Below, piece by piece: positions 28,500 through 37,663 of a DNA stretch of 64,000 nt. Source of the stretch: Thermoplasmata archaeon UBA61 (lineage in GTDB: Archaea > Thermoplasmatota > Thermoplasmata > Lutacidiplasmatales > UBA184); the NCBI GenBank assembly GCA_002503985.1, contig DASW01000006.1, forward strand, positions 30,080 to 94,079, written 5' to 3'. Made by a program: the position numbers and the translations under genes. Each line of letters opens with the position of its first letter. The first letter of the stretch is position 1. A model generated the notes under the pieces. The model was not told the origin of the DNA. It saw only the letters and a program-made list of their open reading frames with translations, and made no database searches.

Positions 28500-29341
28500 C
28501 CGACCTCGGCTCCGGGTGGGACCTCCTCATCCTCGTCATCGTATCGTTCATCCCGGCGTTGATCTACCTCGGCTGGATCCGCGGAACCGAGCGGTACGGC
28601 AAGGAGGGGTGGGGCCCGCTCCTGCGAGCGTTCGTCTACGGAGCGATCTTCGCGACCCTCACCGCCGCGGTCCTCGAAGCGGTCATCGTCTACGCCGGGA
28701 CCGCCGTGAGCCAGAACTACCCCGGACCCGAGTTCGTCTTCCTGAACGGGAACTCCACGGCCGGGGCGTTCTTCCTGGTCCTCGTCATCGCGCCGGTCAT
28801 CGAGGAGGCCCTCAAGGCGTCGGGGGTCGCCGCGTTCCGGACCTCGTTCAAGCAGCTCGCCGACGGACCGGTCTTCGGCGCCTCGGTCGGGCTCGGCTTC
28901 GGGTTCTTCGAGACGTTCCTCTACGGCCTCGGCGCCTACCTCGTGGGAGGTCTCGAGGCGGGCATCGTGCTGATCATCATCCGCTCGGTCTCGAGCGTGC
29001 TCCTGCACGGCAGCTCGACCGGGATGTTCGGCTACGGCTACGCACGCTCCCAGTTCCACGAGGGGGGGCCTGGCTCCTGGTCGTACTACGGGGTCGCGGT
29101 CGGCATGCACGCGACCTTCAACGCCCTCGCCTCCCTGGCCGCGGTCCTCGCGATCGCTGGGATAGGAGGGTTCGCGAACGACGCGGCCGGCTACCTCGCG
29201 CTCTTCGCGGCGATCTTCTTCGCGTTCTGGGCGATCGAGCACGTCCGCTCGATCATCCAAGCGTCGGACTACCCCGCGCTCCTCGGGGCGCCGATCCACT
29301 ACCGCCCCCCGGGAGGAGCGCGGCCTCCGAACCGCCGCTAG
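28496..29341 (+). CDS. PrsW-family intramembrane metalloprotease
   Basis: GTG start overlapping the hbd stop (GTGA). Multi-TM protein with the EEALK motif and downstream His motifs (HGSSTGMFGYG, HATFNAL) characteristic of PrsW/CPBP-like proteases. Confidence 0.6.
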   Translation: MTDLGSGWDLLILVIVSFIPALIYLGWIRGTERYGKEGWGPLLRAFVYGAIFATLTAAVLEAVIVYAGTAVSQNYPGPEFVFLNGNSTAGAFFLVLVIAPVIEEALKASGVAAFRTSFKQLADGPVFGASVGLGFGFFETFLYGLGAYLVGGLEAGIVLIIIRSVSSVLLHGSSTGMFGYGYARSQFHEGGPGSWSYYGVAVGMHATFNALASLAAVLAIAGIGGFANDAAGYLALFAAIFFAFWAIEHVRSIIQASDYPALLGAPIHYRPPGGARPPNRR

Positions 29342-29353
29342 CGAAGCCCCGTC

Positions 29354-29773
29354 TCACGGCTTGGGCGGGGACCGGGAGCTGGCGTTCCGGTTCCAGTCCG
29401 ACTCCCGGATCGACCGGTAGACGGCCTCGGCCTCGTCGGTGGGGGGAGCCTCACCGCCCTGGCCCACGTCGCGGATCCGCGCCTTCTTGAGGAGCCAGTA
29501 GTGGATCCGCCAGGTCTTGCCGCGCGAGACGGTGGCGTCCTCCTCCTCGCTCGTGAGGAGACCCTCCTCCTCGAGCTGGTAGAACCGGTCGCGGTCGTCG
29601 CTCGAGAGCTTGTTGTCGAGCACCGTGTCGTCGGCCCCGAAGTACCCCAGCACCATCCGAGCGACCGGACGGGCCTCGGGGGCCGGCATCTTCCCGCGGG
29701 CGACCAGGGTCCTCTCGATCGCCCGGGTCAGTTCGGCCTCGGTGATCGAGGGCATGGGAGTCGTCCTCGCCAC
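29354..29773 (-). CDS. Hypothetical acidic protein
   Basis: 139-aa ORF with no recognisable family. The start is uncertain (MARTTPMPSITEAEL). Confidence 0.35.
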   Translation of the reverse strand: MARTTPMPSITEAELTRAIERTLVARGKMPAPEARPVARMVLGYFGADDTVLDNKLSSDDRDRFYQLEEEGLLTSEEEDATVSRGKTWRIHYWLLKKARIRDVGQGGEAPPTDEAEAVYRSIRESDWNRNASSRSPPKP

Positions 29774-29829
29774 GGAATCCCCAAAGATAAGGTTCTTCGG
29801 CCATCGGAAGCGCGTGCCGGCGAACTTTT

Positions 29830-31089
29830 GTGGCCTGCGCCGGTCTCGGGAGAGTGACCGAACCCGTCGTCTTCGACATCCCCGAGGGAGCGCGCACGAC
29901 CGCGCTCCGAGCTCTGGACCGGGACCTCTGCGACGAGTGCTTTGGTCGCCTCTTCGGTCGGCTCGGTCACGGTCTTTCGAACCCGGAGCGCGCCCGTCGG
30001 CTCACGGACGCGCTCGGACACGCTCCCCTCGGAGGGAACCCGGAGTGCGCGGTGTGCGGTGGGCTTTTCTCTCGCCTCTCGACCTGGGTCGACCGGGCCG
30101 TCCGCGCCGCCGAAGGGTTCGAATGGCACCGCTTCACCTGCGGCTCCCGCTGGGACCCCGAGCGCCTCGCTCGGGAGGAGGCGCTCTGGATCGAGTTCGG
30201 CAGCGAGTGGGGAGAGAGCGCCCGCTCGGCGTTCAACCGGGAGCTAGGCAAGAAGATGGAGACCGCCAGCGGGGCCTCCGGCGGCACGGAACGGTCCGAC
30301 GTGGTGTTCCTGGCCGACCTGCCCGTCGGGCGGGTCGAGGTCACCGTTCTGCCGGTCTACGTCTACGGCCGGTACCGTAAGCTCGACCGGACCCTGCCCC
30401 AGACCCACTGGCCCTGCCGTCGATGCCAGGGCCGGGGATGCACGACCTGCGGCGGGACCGGGAAGACCTACCCGACCAGTGTTGAGGAGATCGTCGCGGC
30501 CCCGTTCCTATCGGCGACGGGGGCGGAGGGGAGCCGCTTCCACGGGATGGGACGGGAGGACATCGACGCGCGGATGCTCGGACGGGGCCGACCTTTCGTC
30601 CTGGAGCTATTGCGGCCGCGAAAGCGCACAGTCGACCTGGCCCAGATGGCCACCGAGCTCGCCCGAGACGCGGCCGGGAGGGTGGAGGTCGTCGACCTTC
30701 GCCCGTCGGAGGCTCCGGAAGTGGTGCGGGTTAAGGAGGCGAGCCCGGACAAGAGCTACCGTGTCGGTGTGGTTGGGGAAGTCCCGGTGGCAAAGGTTAA
30801 TGAGGCTCTCGAGCTCGCGCTTCGCCAAGCGATCGCCCAGCGCACGCCGAAGCGCGTCGCACACCGTCGGTCCGACCGCGTCCGAACGCGGCGGCTCGTC
30901 GCTGCGCGCGTCGTGGAAGCGACCGACGGGCGGTTCACGCTCGACCTCAGGACCGAAGCGGGTACGTACGTCAAGGAGTGGGTGGAAGGAGATGACGGAC
31001 GCACCGTGCCAAGCCTCTCCTCGCTGGTCGGGGTGCCGCTGAAGGTCGAGTTCCTCGACGTGTTGGAGATCCACGATACGGAGGTGTAA
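29830..31089 (+). CDS. pus10: tRNA pseudouridine(54/55) synthase Pus10
   Basis: N-terminal Zn ribbon (CDECFGRL...CAVCGG), a THUMP-like middle, a second Cys cluster (CRRCQGRGCTTCGGTG) and a C-terminal catalytic domain. The 419-aa length fits archaeal Pus10. The start is a GTG. Confidence 0.8.
   Translation: MACAGLGRVTEPVVFDIPEGARTTALRALDRDLCDECFGRLFGRLGHGLSNPERARRLTDALGHAPLGGNPECAVCGGLFSRLSTWVDRAVRAAEGFEWHRFTCGSRWDPERLAREEALWIEFGSEWGESARSAFNRELGKKMETASGASGGTERSDVVFLADLPVGRVEVTVLPVYVYGRYRKLDRTLPQTHWPCRRCQGRGCTTCGGTGKTYPTSVEEIVAAPFLSATGAEGSRFHGMGREDIDARMLGRGRPFVLELLRPRKRTVDLAQMATELARDAAGRVEVVDLRPSEAPEVVRVKEASPDKSYRVGVVGEVPVAKVNEALELALRQAIAQRTPKRVAHRRSDRVRTRRLVAARVVEATDGRFTLDLRTEAGTYVKEWVEGDDGRTVPSLSSLVGVPLKVEFLDVLEIHDTEV
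31079..31085 (+). promoter_or_regulatory. Shine-Dalgarno-like GGAGGTG ahead of rpl21e
   Basis: Lies 8 nt upstream of ATG 31094, within the end of pus10. It indicates operonic, non-leaderless translation. Confidence 0.5.
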
Positions 31090-31093
31090 GGCG

Positions 31094-31405
31094 ATGGTCA
31101 AGAGTTCCAAGGGGTTCCGATCCCGCTCTCGCGGGACGTTCACGAAGGAGGTCCGCGAGCGTGGGCTGCCGCCGGTGAGCCGGTTCCTGCGCGAGTTCGC
31201 GATCGGCGACCGCGTGGTCGTCCGGATCGAGGCGTCCGACCCGCACGGCCAGCCGCACCCGCGCTACCAGGGACGCACGTGCACCGTGGTCGCGAAGACC
31301 GGCCGGGCCTACCGCATCGCCTTCCTGGACGGCGGGAAGCGCAAGGAGCTCATCGCGACCCCGATCCATCTCATGCCCGCCGACGTGGGGAAGGCCGATG
31401 CCTGA
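31094..31405 (+). CDS. rpl21e: 50S ribosomal protein L21e
   Basis: MVKSSKGFRSRSRGTF.K..RE.G is the canonical L21e N-terminus. 103 aa. Confidence 0.9.
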   Translation: MVKSSKGFRSRSRGTFTKEVRERGLPPVSRFLREFAIGDRVVVRIEASDPHGQPHPRYQGRTCTVVAKTGRAYRIAFLDGGKRKELIATPIHLMPADVGKADA

Positions 31406-31712
31406 ACCGGTCCCCCTCTCGAAGGTGAAGGACCTCCTTGTGGAGGAGGCCGCCCGCCGTACCCTCCCCCGTGAGGCCGCCCTCGCCCACCAGCATGCCG
31501 AGCAGTTCGCGCGCCTTTCTACGGAGCAGACCGCGAAGCTCCTGGCCGAGCTGCGGACGCTCCCGTTCGTGGACGCGACGGTGGCCGTGAAGATCGCCGA
31601 CGTTCTCCCCCAGTACCCGGAGGAGATCCGCCTCCTCTTCTCGAAGGAGCGGGTCGCGCTCGACGAAGCGCAGGTCGCCCGGCTCCTCGAGATCGTGGCA
31701 CAGCACCGATGA
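31398..31712 (+). CDS. rpoF: DNA-directed RNA polymerase subunit F (Rpo4/Rpb4-like)
   Basis: 104-aa helical protein sitting immediately downstream of rpl21e and upstream of DUF655. This is the conserved archaeal order. It overlaps rpl21e by 8 nt. Confidence 0.65.
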   Translation: MPEPVPLSKVKDLLVEEAARRTLPREAALAHQHAEQFARLSTEQTAKLLAELRTLPFVDATVAVKIADVLPQYPEEIRLLFSKERVALDEAQVARLLEIVAQHR

Positions 31713-31728
31713 GCGGGGGGGATCCGGT

Positions 31729-32274
31729 GTGGAGAATTACGCCATCATTCTCGATTACCTGCCGAACGGTCGGCAGACGGAGCGGGGGTTCCACCGCGAA
31801 CCCCTCGCGCTCGCCATCGGCGAAGACGAGCTGAAACTCTTCGAGCTCGTGCCGCGCCCGACGGTGCCCCTGACGCCGGGGACGAGGGTCCCGCTCGGTC
31901 CGGTCGGGGCGACCCCTTCCCCGATCGACCACGTCCGGCGCCGGGTCAGCTACGACGAGCTCACCGTCTCGGCCCGAACGGAGCTCACCCCCGCCCTCGA
32001 ATCGATCGTCCGGCGGAACGCCCCGCGGTACCTACGGTTCTTCAACGAGGCCCCGGCGGTCTCGCGCCGGTTCCACCTCCTCGAGCTCTTGCCGGGGATC
32101 GGCAAGAAGACGATGCAGCAGATCGTGGACGAGCGCAAGCGGGCCCCGTTCGCGAGCTTCGAAGAGATCGAGGTCCGGGTCCATCTCAAGAGCCCCGAGC
32201 GGCTCATCGTCGGCCGGATCGAGCAGGAACTGAGCGGTGTCGAGGACAAGTACCGCCTCTTCGTCGCGCCGTAG
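31729..32274 (+). CDS. DUF655-family protein (HhH nucleic-acid-binding)
   Basis: MENYAIILDYLPNGR and a C-terminal FHLLELLPGIGKKTMQQIV HhH motif. GTG start. Confidence 0.8.
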   Translation: MENYAIILDYLPNGRQTERGFHREPLALAIGEDELKLFELVPRPTVPLTPGTRVPLGPVGATPSPIDHVRRRVSYDELTVSARTELTPALESIVRRNAPRYLRFFNEAPAVSRRFHLLELLPGIGKKTMQQIVDERKRAPFASFEEIEVRVHLKSPERLIVGRIEQELSGVEDKYRLFVAP

Positions 32275-32302
32275 CGCAACGACCAACGGCACCGTTCCCG
32301 CG

Positions 32303-33142
32303 GTGCCCGAGCGACCGGACGAGGTCCGCGCCGCGCTCGATTCGCTCGGCGTGCGACCGTCCAAGGAGTGGGGCCAGTCGTTCCTCACGGACCCGTTCGT
32401 CGCCGACGCGGAGGCCGCGCTGGTCGAGCTGCCTCCCGGGCGTCCTGTGGTCGAGATCGGAGGCGGGCTCGGGGTCCTGACGGCAGCTCTGCTGCGCCGC
32501 GGGGTCGGTCCGCTCACTGTGATCGAACGCGACCGCCGGCTGGCGCGCTTCCTCACGACCACCTTCGGCGACCGGATCCGGGTCGTGACGGGGGACGCCC
32601 TCACGGTGACGCTCCCCCTGGCGGACGCGGTGATCGGCAACCTTCCGTACTCGGTGGCGACACCGCTCTTGCTTCGGCTGTTCGCCGCCCGGACCCCGCG
32701 GGTCGTCTTTCTCGTCCAACGGGAGGTCGCCGAGCGCCTCGCGGCGGACCCCGGTTCGAAGAAGTACGGGCGCCTCTCGATCATCGCGCAGCTCTACGGC
32801 TCGGTCGAACTGTTCCGGACCGTGAACTCCGCCGCGTTCACGCCGCAACCCGAGGTCGAGAGCCGGATCGGGGTCCACGTCACCCGGCGCGACCCCCTCC
32901 CGGTGCCGTCCGTTCCGGAGTTCGAGGAGATCCTTCGACGGCTCTTCTCCTCGCGTCGAAAGCAGCTTTCGAACCTTCTTCCCCGGTTGACCTCGACCCG
33001 GGAAGGCGCAGACGAGCTCGCCCGTGAGGCCGGTTGGTCGGCCGATTGGGGCCATCGTCGGCCGGAAGAGCTTCCGCCGAGCGACTACTTCGCGCTCGCC
33101 CGGGTCCTCGTCGGCAAGGTCGGACCCGGCGCGAAGAGCTAG
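32303..33142 (+). CDS. ksgA: 16S rRNA (adenine1518/1519-N6)-dimethyltransferase KsgA/Dim1
   Basis: GQSFL, the SAM motif VVEIGGGLGVLT, and NLPYSV. The start is placed at an in-frame GTG (32303). The listed ATG at 32237 would overlap DUF655 by 38 nt. Confidence 0.85.
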   Translation: MPERPDEVRAALDSLGVRPSKEWGQSFLTDPFVADAEAALVELPPGRPVVEIGGGLGVLTAALLRRGVGPLTVIERDRRLARFLTTTFGDRIRVVTGDALTVTLPLADAVIGNLPYSVATPLLLRLFAARTPRVVFLVQREVAERLAADPGSKKYGRLSIIAQLYGSVELFRTVNSAAFTPQPEVESRIGVHVTRRDPLPVPSVPEFEEILRRLFSSRRKQLSNLLPRLTSTREGADELAREAGWSADWGHRRPEELPPSDYFALARVLVGKVGPGAKS

Positions 33143-33252
33143 GGCTCAACCTCCCACGGGCGCCCGCTCGGACCCGGTCGCAGCGATTTCGGGGGAGGGC
33201 GTTTCAAAACCCCTCCCGTGGACCTTTTGGGCTCCGGTAGCTGGCCTCCCCA

Positions 33253-34278
33253 ATGACCCCCGCCCGCACGAAACCCGTTCCGAAGACGCGGACCAAGACC
33301 CCGAGCACGGCCATGTCCTGGCTGTTGGAGGGGAACCAGCCCTCGGTGCGGTACCGAACGTTGACCGAGCTTCTCGGTCGGAAGGAGAACGACCCCGAGG
33401 TCCGGGACGCCAAGAGGGCAATCCTGGAACGAGGATGGGCCGCGGAGATCCTCTCGCAGCGCCGCCTCGGCGGTGGCTGGAACGACGGCGATTCCCAGTA
33501 CCGACCGAAGTACCTCTCCACCAACTGGATGATGCTGGTCCTCTCCGACCTCGGCCTGACGCGCGCGGTCCCCGAGGTCCGCGAGGCCTGCGAGTTCTGG
33601 ATGGACGGGTTCGCCGCGACGGGTGGAGGGCTCGGTGGCAGCTCGAAGGGGACCCCCCACTACTGCGTGGCGGCCAACCAGGCTCGGGCCCTGATCCGGT
33701 TCGGGTACGAGGACGACCCGCGGGTCCGACGTACCCTCGATTGGTTGGTCGAGACCGCCGACCCCAAGGGGGGCTGGTCGTGCTTCGGGTCCGGAAGGAA
33801 CCTCGATTCCTGGGAGGCATTGAGCGTCTTCGCGGCCTTCCCCCGGTCCAAGTGGAGCGGGAGCATGAAGACCTGCGTGGAGAAAGGGGCCGAGTTCTTC
33901 CTCGAGCGGGAACTCCACCGTCAGGGGGACCGGTACGAACCGTGGTATCGGTTCCACTACCCGCCACACTACTACTACGACCTCTTGGTCGGTCTCGACT
34001 TCATGACCGCTCTGGGCTACGCGGGCGACCGTCGGATGGACTACGCGGTGGCGTTCCTTCGCTCGCGCCAGCTCCCCGATGGGAGGTGGAACCTCGACGC
34101 GGTCCACCCGGACCTCGAGGGCGCGGCGGCGCGGTGGTACGCGTCGCACCCGAAGCACCGCCCCACCCCCTTCGCTATCGAGAAGGTCGGCCAACCGAGC
34201 AAGATGATCACGCTCGCCGCCCTGCGGGTCCTCGACGCCGTGGACCGGGCTTCGTCGTCCGGGGGTCGTCGGCCGTGA
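33253..34278 (+). CDS. Hypothetical alpha/alpha-toroid protein, prenyltransferase/squalene-oxidase-repeat-like
   Basis: 341 aa with repeated GGW/GGGW-containing segments (LGGGWNDGDS, KGGWSCFGSG, DGRWNLD), reminiscent of terpenoid-cyclase/prenyltransferase repeats. The assignment is tentative. Confidence 0.4.
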   Translation: MTPARTKPVPKTRTKTPSTAMSWLLEGNQPSVRYRTLTELLGRKENDPEVRDAKRAILERGWAAEILSQRRLGGGWNDGDSQYRPKYLSTNWMMLVLSDLGLTRAVPEVREACEFWMDGFAATGGGLGGSSKGTPHYCVAANQARALIRFGYEDDPRVRRTLDWLVETADPKGGWSCFGSGRNLDSWEALSVFAAFPRSKWSGSMKTCVEKGAEFFLERELHRQGDRYEPWYRFHYPPHYYYDLLVGLDFMTALGYAGDRRMDYAVAFLRSRQLPDGRWNLDAVHPDLEGAAARWYASHPKHRPTPFAIEKVGQPSKMITLAALRVLDAVDRASSSGGRRP

Positions 34279-34955
34279 CGACCGACCTGTGGACCGCTGT
34301 GGACGCCTATCTCGAGGAGAAGCTGCTCCCCGCGGACCCGGTCCTGGAGGAGGCCCTCCGGTCGAGCGCGGCCGCCGGCCTTCCGAACATCCAGGTCTCC
34401 CCGACCCAGGGAAAGCTCCTCTATCTACTCGCCAAGGCGCTAGGGGCCCGCAGGGTCCTCGAGATCGGTGCCTTGGGCGGGTACAGCACGATCTGGCTCG
34501 CCCGGGCGCTCCCGAAGGACGGGCGCCTCGTGACCCTCGAGGTCGAGGCAAAGCACGCCGAGGTCGCTTCTGCGAACATCGCGCGGGCGGGCCTTCAGGA
34601 CCGCGTGGAGATACGGCTCGGTCGGGCGCTCGAGACCCTCCCGAAGATCCTCGCCGAGAAGCGGGGGCCGTTCGACCTCTTCTTCCTGGACGCGGACAAG
34701 GCGAACACGCGGGCGTACTTCGAGTGGACGCTGAAGCTCTCCCGGCCCGGCTCGTTGATCGTCGTCGACAACGTGGTCCGGCGGGGAGAGCTCGCCGACG
34801 CATCCAGCCCGTCCCCGGACGTCCGGGGGATGCGCGAATTCCTGGACGCGCTCGCCTCCGATTCCCGCGTCAGCGCGACCGGCATCCAGACCGTGGGCCG
34901 CAAAGGATACGACGGATTCGTCCTGGCGCGGGTGACGGACCCGCGCGGAGCATAG
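34275..34955 (+). CDS. Class I SAM-dependent O-methyltransferase (caffeoyl-CoA OMT-like)
   Basis: GTG start overlapping the upstream stop (GTGA). VLEIGALGGYSTIWLA is SAM motif I. DLFFLDADK and LIVVDNV are typical of this family. Confidence 0.8.
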   Translation: MTTDLWTAVDAYLEEKLLPADPVLEEALRSSAAAGLPNIQVSPTQGKLLYLLAKALGARRVLEIGALGGYSTIWLARALPKDGRLVTLEVEAKHAEVASANIARAGLQDRVEIRLGRALETLPKILAEKRGPFDLFFLDADKANTRAYFEWTLKLSRPGSLIVVDNVVRRGELADASSPSPDVRGMREFLDALASDSRVSATGIQTVGRKGYDGFVLARVTDPRGA

Positions 34956-35486
34956 ATGACCGGTTCGGTTCCGCTTACCATGAAGACGAAGCGAAGTCGC
35001 ACAGGACCCGCCCGGGCCACTGCGTGCGCGGAGTACTCCTTCCGGCAGCGGTTCCGCGTTCCCGCACCCTGGGCGTTCCGCTGGTGCATCGACTTCGTCC
35101 CACACGACTGGGCAACCGGGGGAGTCCACGGGTCGCGGAAGGTCCTCTGGCTCTCTCCTCGGACCGTCATCCTCGACGATACGTTCCCCGCCCCCGGTGG
35201 TCGCCGCGTTCGGAAGGTCAAGCTGGTCCAGATCTACCCCCGCGCCCGGTACTGGGTGAGCACCCACATCGTGGGGCCGAGCCATCACTCCCAGTTCCGA
35301 TACACCGTCTCCGCCGTCGGGCCGAACGCCTCCGAACTGCTGTTCGAAGGTCGAGAGCTCCGGTGGCAGGGGCCGCGACTCGCGCCCGCCGCGGAGAGAC
35401 GGTTGGCGAAGCGACTTCGGTCGGAGGACGCCGACCTCTGGAAGCGGTTCGCGACCGAGATCGAGCGCGAGTTCTCCGAGCGATAA
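34956..35486 (+). CDS. SRPBCC-family protein (polyketide cyclase/dehydrase-like)
   Basis: 176 aa with W/F-rich segments (APWAFRWCIDFVPHDWATG). Starts 1 nt after the OMT stop. Confidence 0.55.
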   Translation: MTGSVPLTMKTKRSRTGPARATACAEYSFRQRFRVPAPWAFRWCIDFVPHDWATGGVHGSRKVLWLSPRTVILDDTFPAPGGRRVRKVKLVQIYPRARYWVSTHIVGPSHHSQFRYTVSAVGPNASELLFEGRELRWQGPRLAPAAERRLAKRLRSEDADLWKRFATEIEREFSER

Positions 35487-35532
35487 GGTCCCGCCCAGGA
35501 AAGCGTCGGTCGGACCCGAACGTCGCTCCGGT

Positions 35533-36495
35533 TCACGTCGAGCTGGACCGGACCATGGTCATCGTCGAGGCCACACCCTTGAACCCGAGGCGCTCGAGCG
35601 CCACACCCACGGCGCCCGTAGGCTCCGCTACCACGGCGAGACAGGTCGCCGGGGCTCGAGGTCGGAGCCACTCGGTGCCCCGATCGAGGAGCGCCGCGGC
35701 CTCCTCCAGGGACGGGGGGGTCGAACCGACCAGGGGGAGGTAGACCGCCATCGGAGCCTCCCGAGTGGGGGCACAGGAGACGCGAAGGGCGAGGGGTGGA
35801 CCGCTGAGCGTCCAAAGGACCCACGTCTGTTTGCGGCTCCGGAAAGAGCCCGCCAGGACCTCGTTGTGGGACAGCCTTCGCCGAGTGGAGGGCAGGGCCG
35901 CGCGGTAATCCGCGGCCCGACCTTCATCCAGTTTGGGAGCGATTTCGTTGAGCTCCTCCCTCGTCGCCGGACGCGTCCTCGGCGGGAGCGGGGTCATGGT
36001 CGGTGGGACTCCGGTGCGCACGTACCACGTGAACCGGGCGACATCCCGATATCCGGCGTGACGGTAGACCCGGATGGCCGTGTCGTTGTCGCTATCGACG
36101 TCGAGGACGAGCCACTCCTGATGCCGACGAGCCGCATCCTTCTTTAGGAGAGTGAGGAGCTGGGAGGCGATCCCCCGCCCTCGGTACCCCGCGTCGGTCG
36201 CCATTCCGGCGACGTAGGCGGCGTTCGGTAGCCGGAGCAGGGTCCCGGTCCCCACGACCCGGTTCCCGTCGACCGCGACGAAGATCTGGGCGAAAGGGCG
36301 ACCCACCAGCTGGGAGAACCTGAGGAGCGTCCAGATCGACCTTCGGGAAAGCGAGCGGACCATCTTCTCGGCGCCCCGGTCGAGGCCGGTCGAGCGCTCG
36401 AGCTTCCCGATCCCTTGGAGCACGACCGTGAGGTAGCTCGGGACGTCCGACCGGCGGAGGAGACGGTACTCAAGGGATCCCGCGACCTCCGTCAT
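35533..36495 (-). CDS. GNAT-family acetyltransferase with C-terminal extension
   Basis: VGTGTLL....AYVAGMATDAGYRGRGIASQLL and N.TAIRVYRHAGY match the GNAT core. Confidence 0.65.
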   Translation of the reverse strand: MTEVAGSLEYRLLRRSDVPSYLTVVLQGIGKLERSTGLDRGAEKMVRSLSRRSIWTLLRFSQLVGRPFAQIFVAVDGNRVVGTGTLLRLPNAAYVAGMATDAGYRGRGIASQLLTLLKKDAARRHQEWLVLDVDSDNDTAIRVYRHAGYRDVARFTWYVRTGVPPTMTPLPPRTRPATREELNEIAPKLDEGRAADYRAALPSTRRRLSHNEVLAGSFRSRKQTWVLWTLSGPPLALRVSCAPTREAPMAVYLPLVGSTPPSLEEAAALLDRGTEWLRPRAPATCLAVVAEPTGAVGVALERLGFKGVASTMTMVRSSST

Positions 36496-36561
36496 CCTAT
36501 CCCGTCCCGTGTCCGGCCGTTCCCCCCATTGTAGGGAGCATGTAAGCGGTGGGGTCCGGGG

Positions 36562-37494
36562 TCACGGGCGACCGACCCTCTTCTCGGGCTCGACCCTCGA
36601 GTGGACGGTCCCTCCGAGCCACGCCACCGCGACGATGATGAGACCTCCCCCTACGTACTGGAGGCTCGAGAGCGCGACGCCGAGGATCAAGAGCCCGGCC
36701 GTGGCCGCGACGATCGGCTCGAACGAGCCGGCGACCCCGGCCTCGGTGGCGGTCAGCTTCCTAAGACCGTAGACGAACAGCGTGAAGGCGAGCAGGGTCC
36801 CCGCCACGACCACGAAGAGGACCAGCCCTGTGAGGAGCGCCGCGCTCGCGAGCGTTGCGGGCCAGTGGTACTGTATCAGGGTCCAGGCGCCGATCGGGGC
36901 CGTGACGAGCCCTCCGAGAAGGAACCCCCACGTCGTCACCCACTGCGCGCTCTGGGTCTGGACGAACCGACGGGTGGCGAGGGTATAGTACGCCCCCGCG
37001 ACCGCCGAGAGAAGACCGAACGCGAGACCCAGCGGCGTGATGAGGATGGAGAACCCGTGGGGAGAGACGGTCCCGACCAACAACATCGTCCCGGCCGCCG
37101 CGAGCGCGAGCAGGGCGGCCCACCGGGCCGACCATCGGATCGCTCCGGACGCCAGCTCGTAGCCGGCGACCATCGGCAGGAAGAGGAACTGAAGCAGGGT
37201 CGCTGTCGTCACGTTGGAGTAGAAGAGCGCCTCGAGGTACGTGACCTGGGAGCCGACGAGGCCCAGGATTGCCATCGAGGCGAACGAGGCGGTCCACGGA
37301 CGGGGCCACTTCGGTCGGGCCACCGCCAGGAGAAGGCAGGCCGCACCGAGCATGCGGATGGTCGTGAGCCCCCAGACCGGGAACAGGTACCCCTGAAGAA
37401 TCACCTGGGCGGCCGTTCCAGAGAGGCCCCAGAGCGCCGACCCTGTGACCGCTGCGAGGAGCGCCAACCGAACTTCACGCATGGAGTGGCCCAC
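36562..37494 (-). CDS. EamA/DMT-superfamily transporter
   Basis: About 10 TM helices in two EamA-like halves. 310 aa. Confidence 0.7.
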   Translation of the reverse strand: MGHSMREVRLALLAAVTGSALWGLSGTAAQVILQGYLFPVWGLTTIRMLGAACLLLAVARPKWPRPWTASFASMAILGLVGSQVTYLEALFYSNVTTATLLQFLFLPMVAGYELASGAIRWSARWAALLALAAAGTMLLVGTVSPHGFSILITPLGLAFGLLSAVAGAYYTLATRRFVQTQSAQWVTTWGFLLGGLVTAPIGAWTLIQYHWPATLASAALLTGLVLFVVVAGTLLAFTLFVYGLRKLTATEAGVAGSFEPIVAATAGLLILGVALSSLQYVGGGLIIVAVAWLGGTVHSRVEPEKRVGRP

Positions 37495-37624
37495 TATCGA
37501 CCCGTCCCGGATGAGGGGAAGGGGATGGATTTTACCTCAAACCGGTTCCCGAGACGGAGCGCATTCCCCCGGTGCGGCGCCTGGACCGGCACGAGCCACG
37601 CCGCGCGCTTGCGGGTTAGTTGCA

Positions 37625-37632
37625 TTTATATA
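37625..37632 (+). promoter_or_regulatory. Archaeal TATA box (tttatata) for the thermosome gene
   Basis: A strong AT-rich octamer sits about 32 nt upstream of ATG 37664, with a purine-rich BRE-like stretch just upstream. Confidence 0.6.
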
Positions 37633-37663
37633 GAAGAGCAATTCTGCCAAACTCGGTGGAAGC

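Noticed and set aside
33024-34274. A 643-aa ORF (33024-34955) appearing to fuse an upstream Arg-rich frame to the O-methyltransferase
   Set aside because: The upstream part is an off-frame read through the toroid-like gene. The methyltransferase begins at GTG 34275, which is GTGA-coupled.
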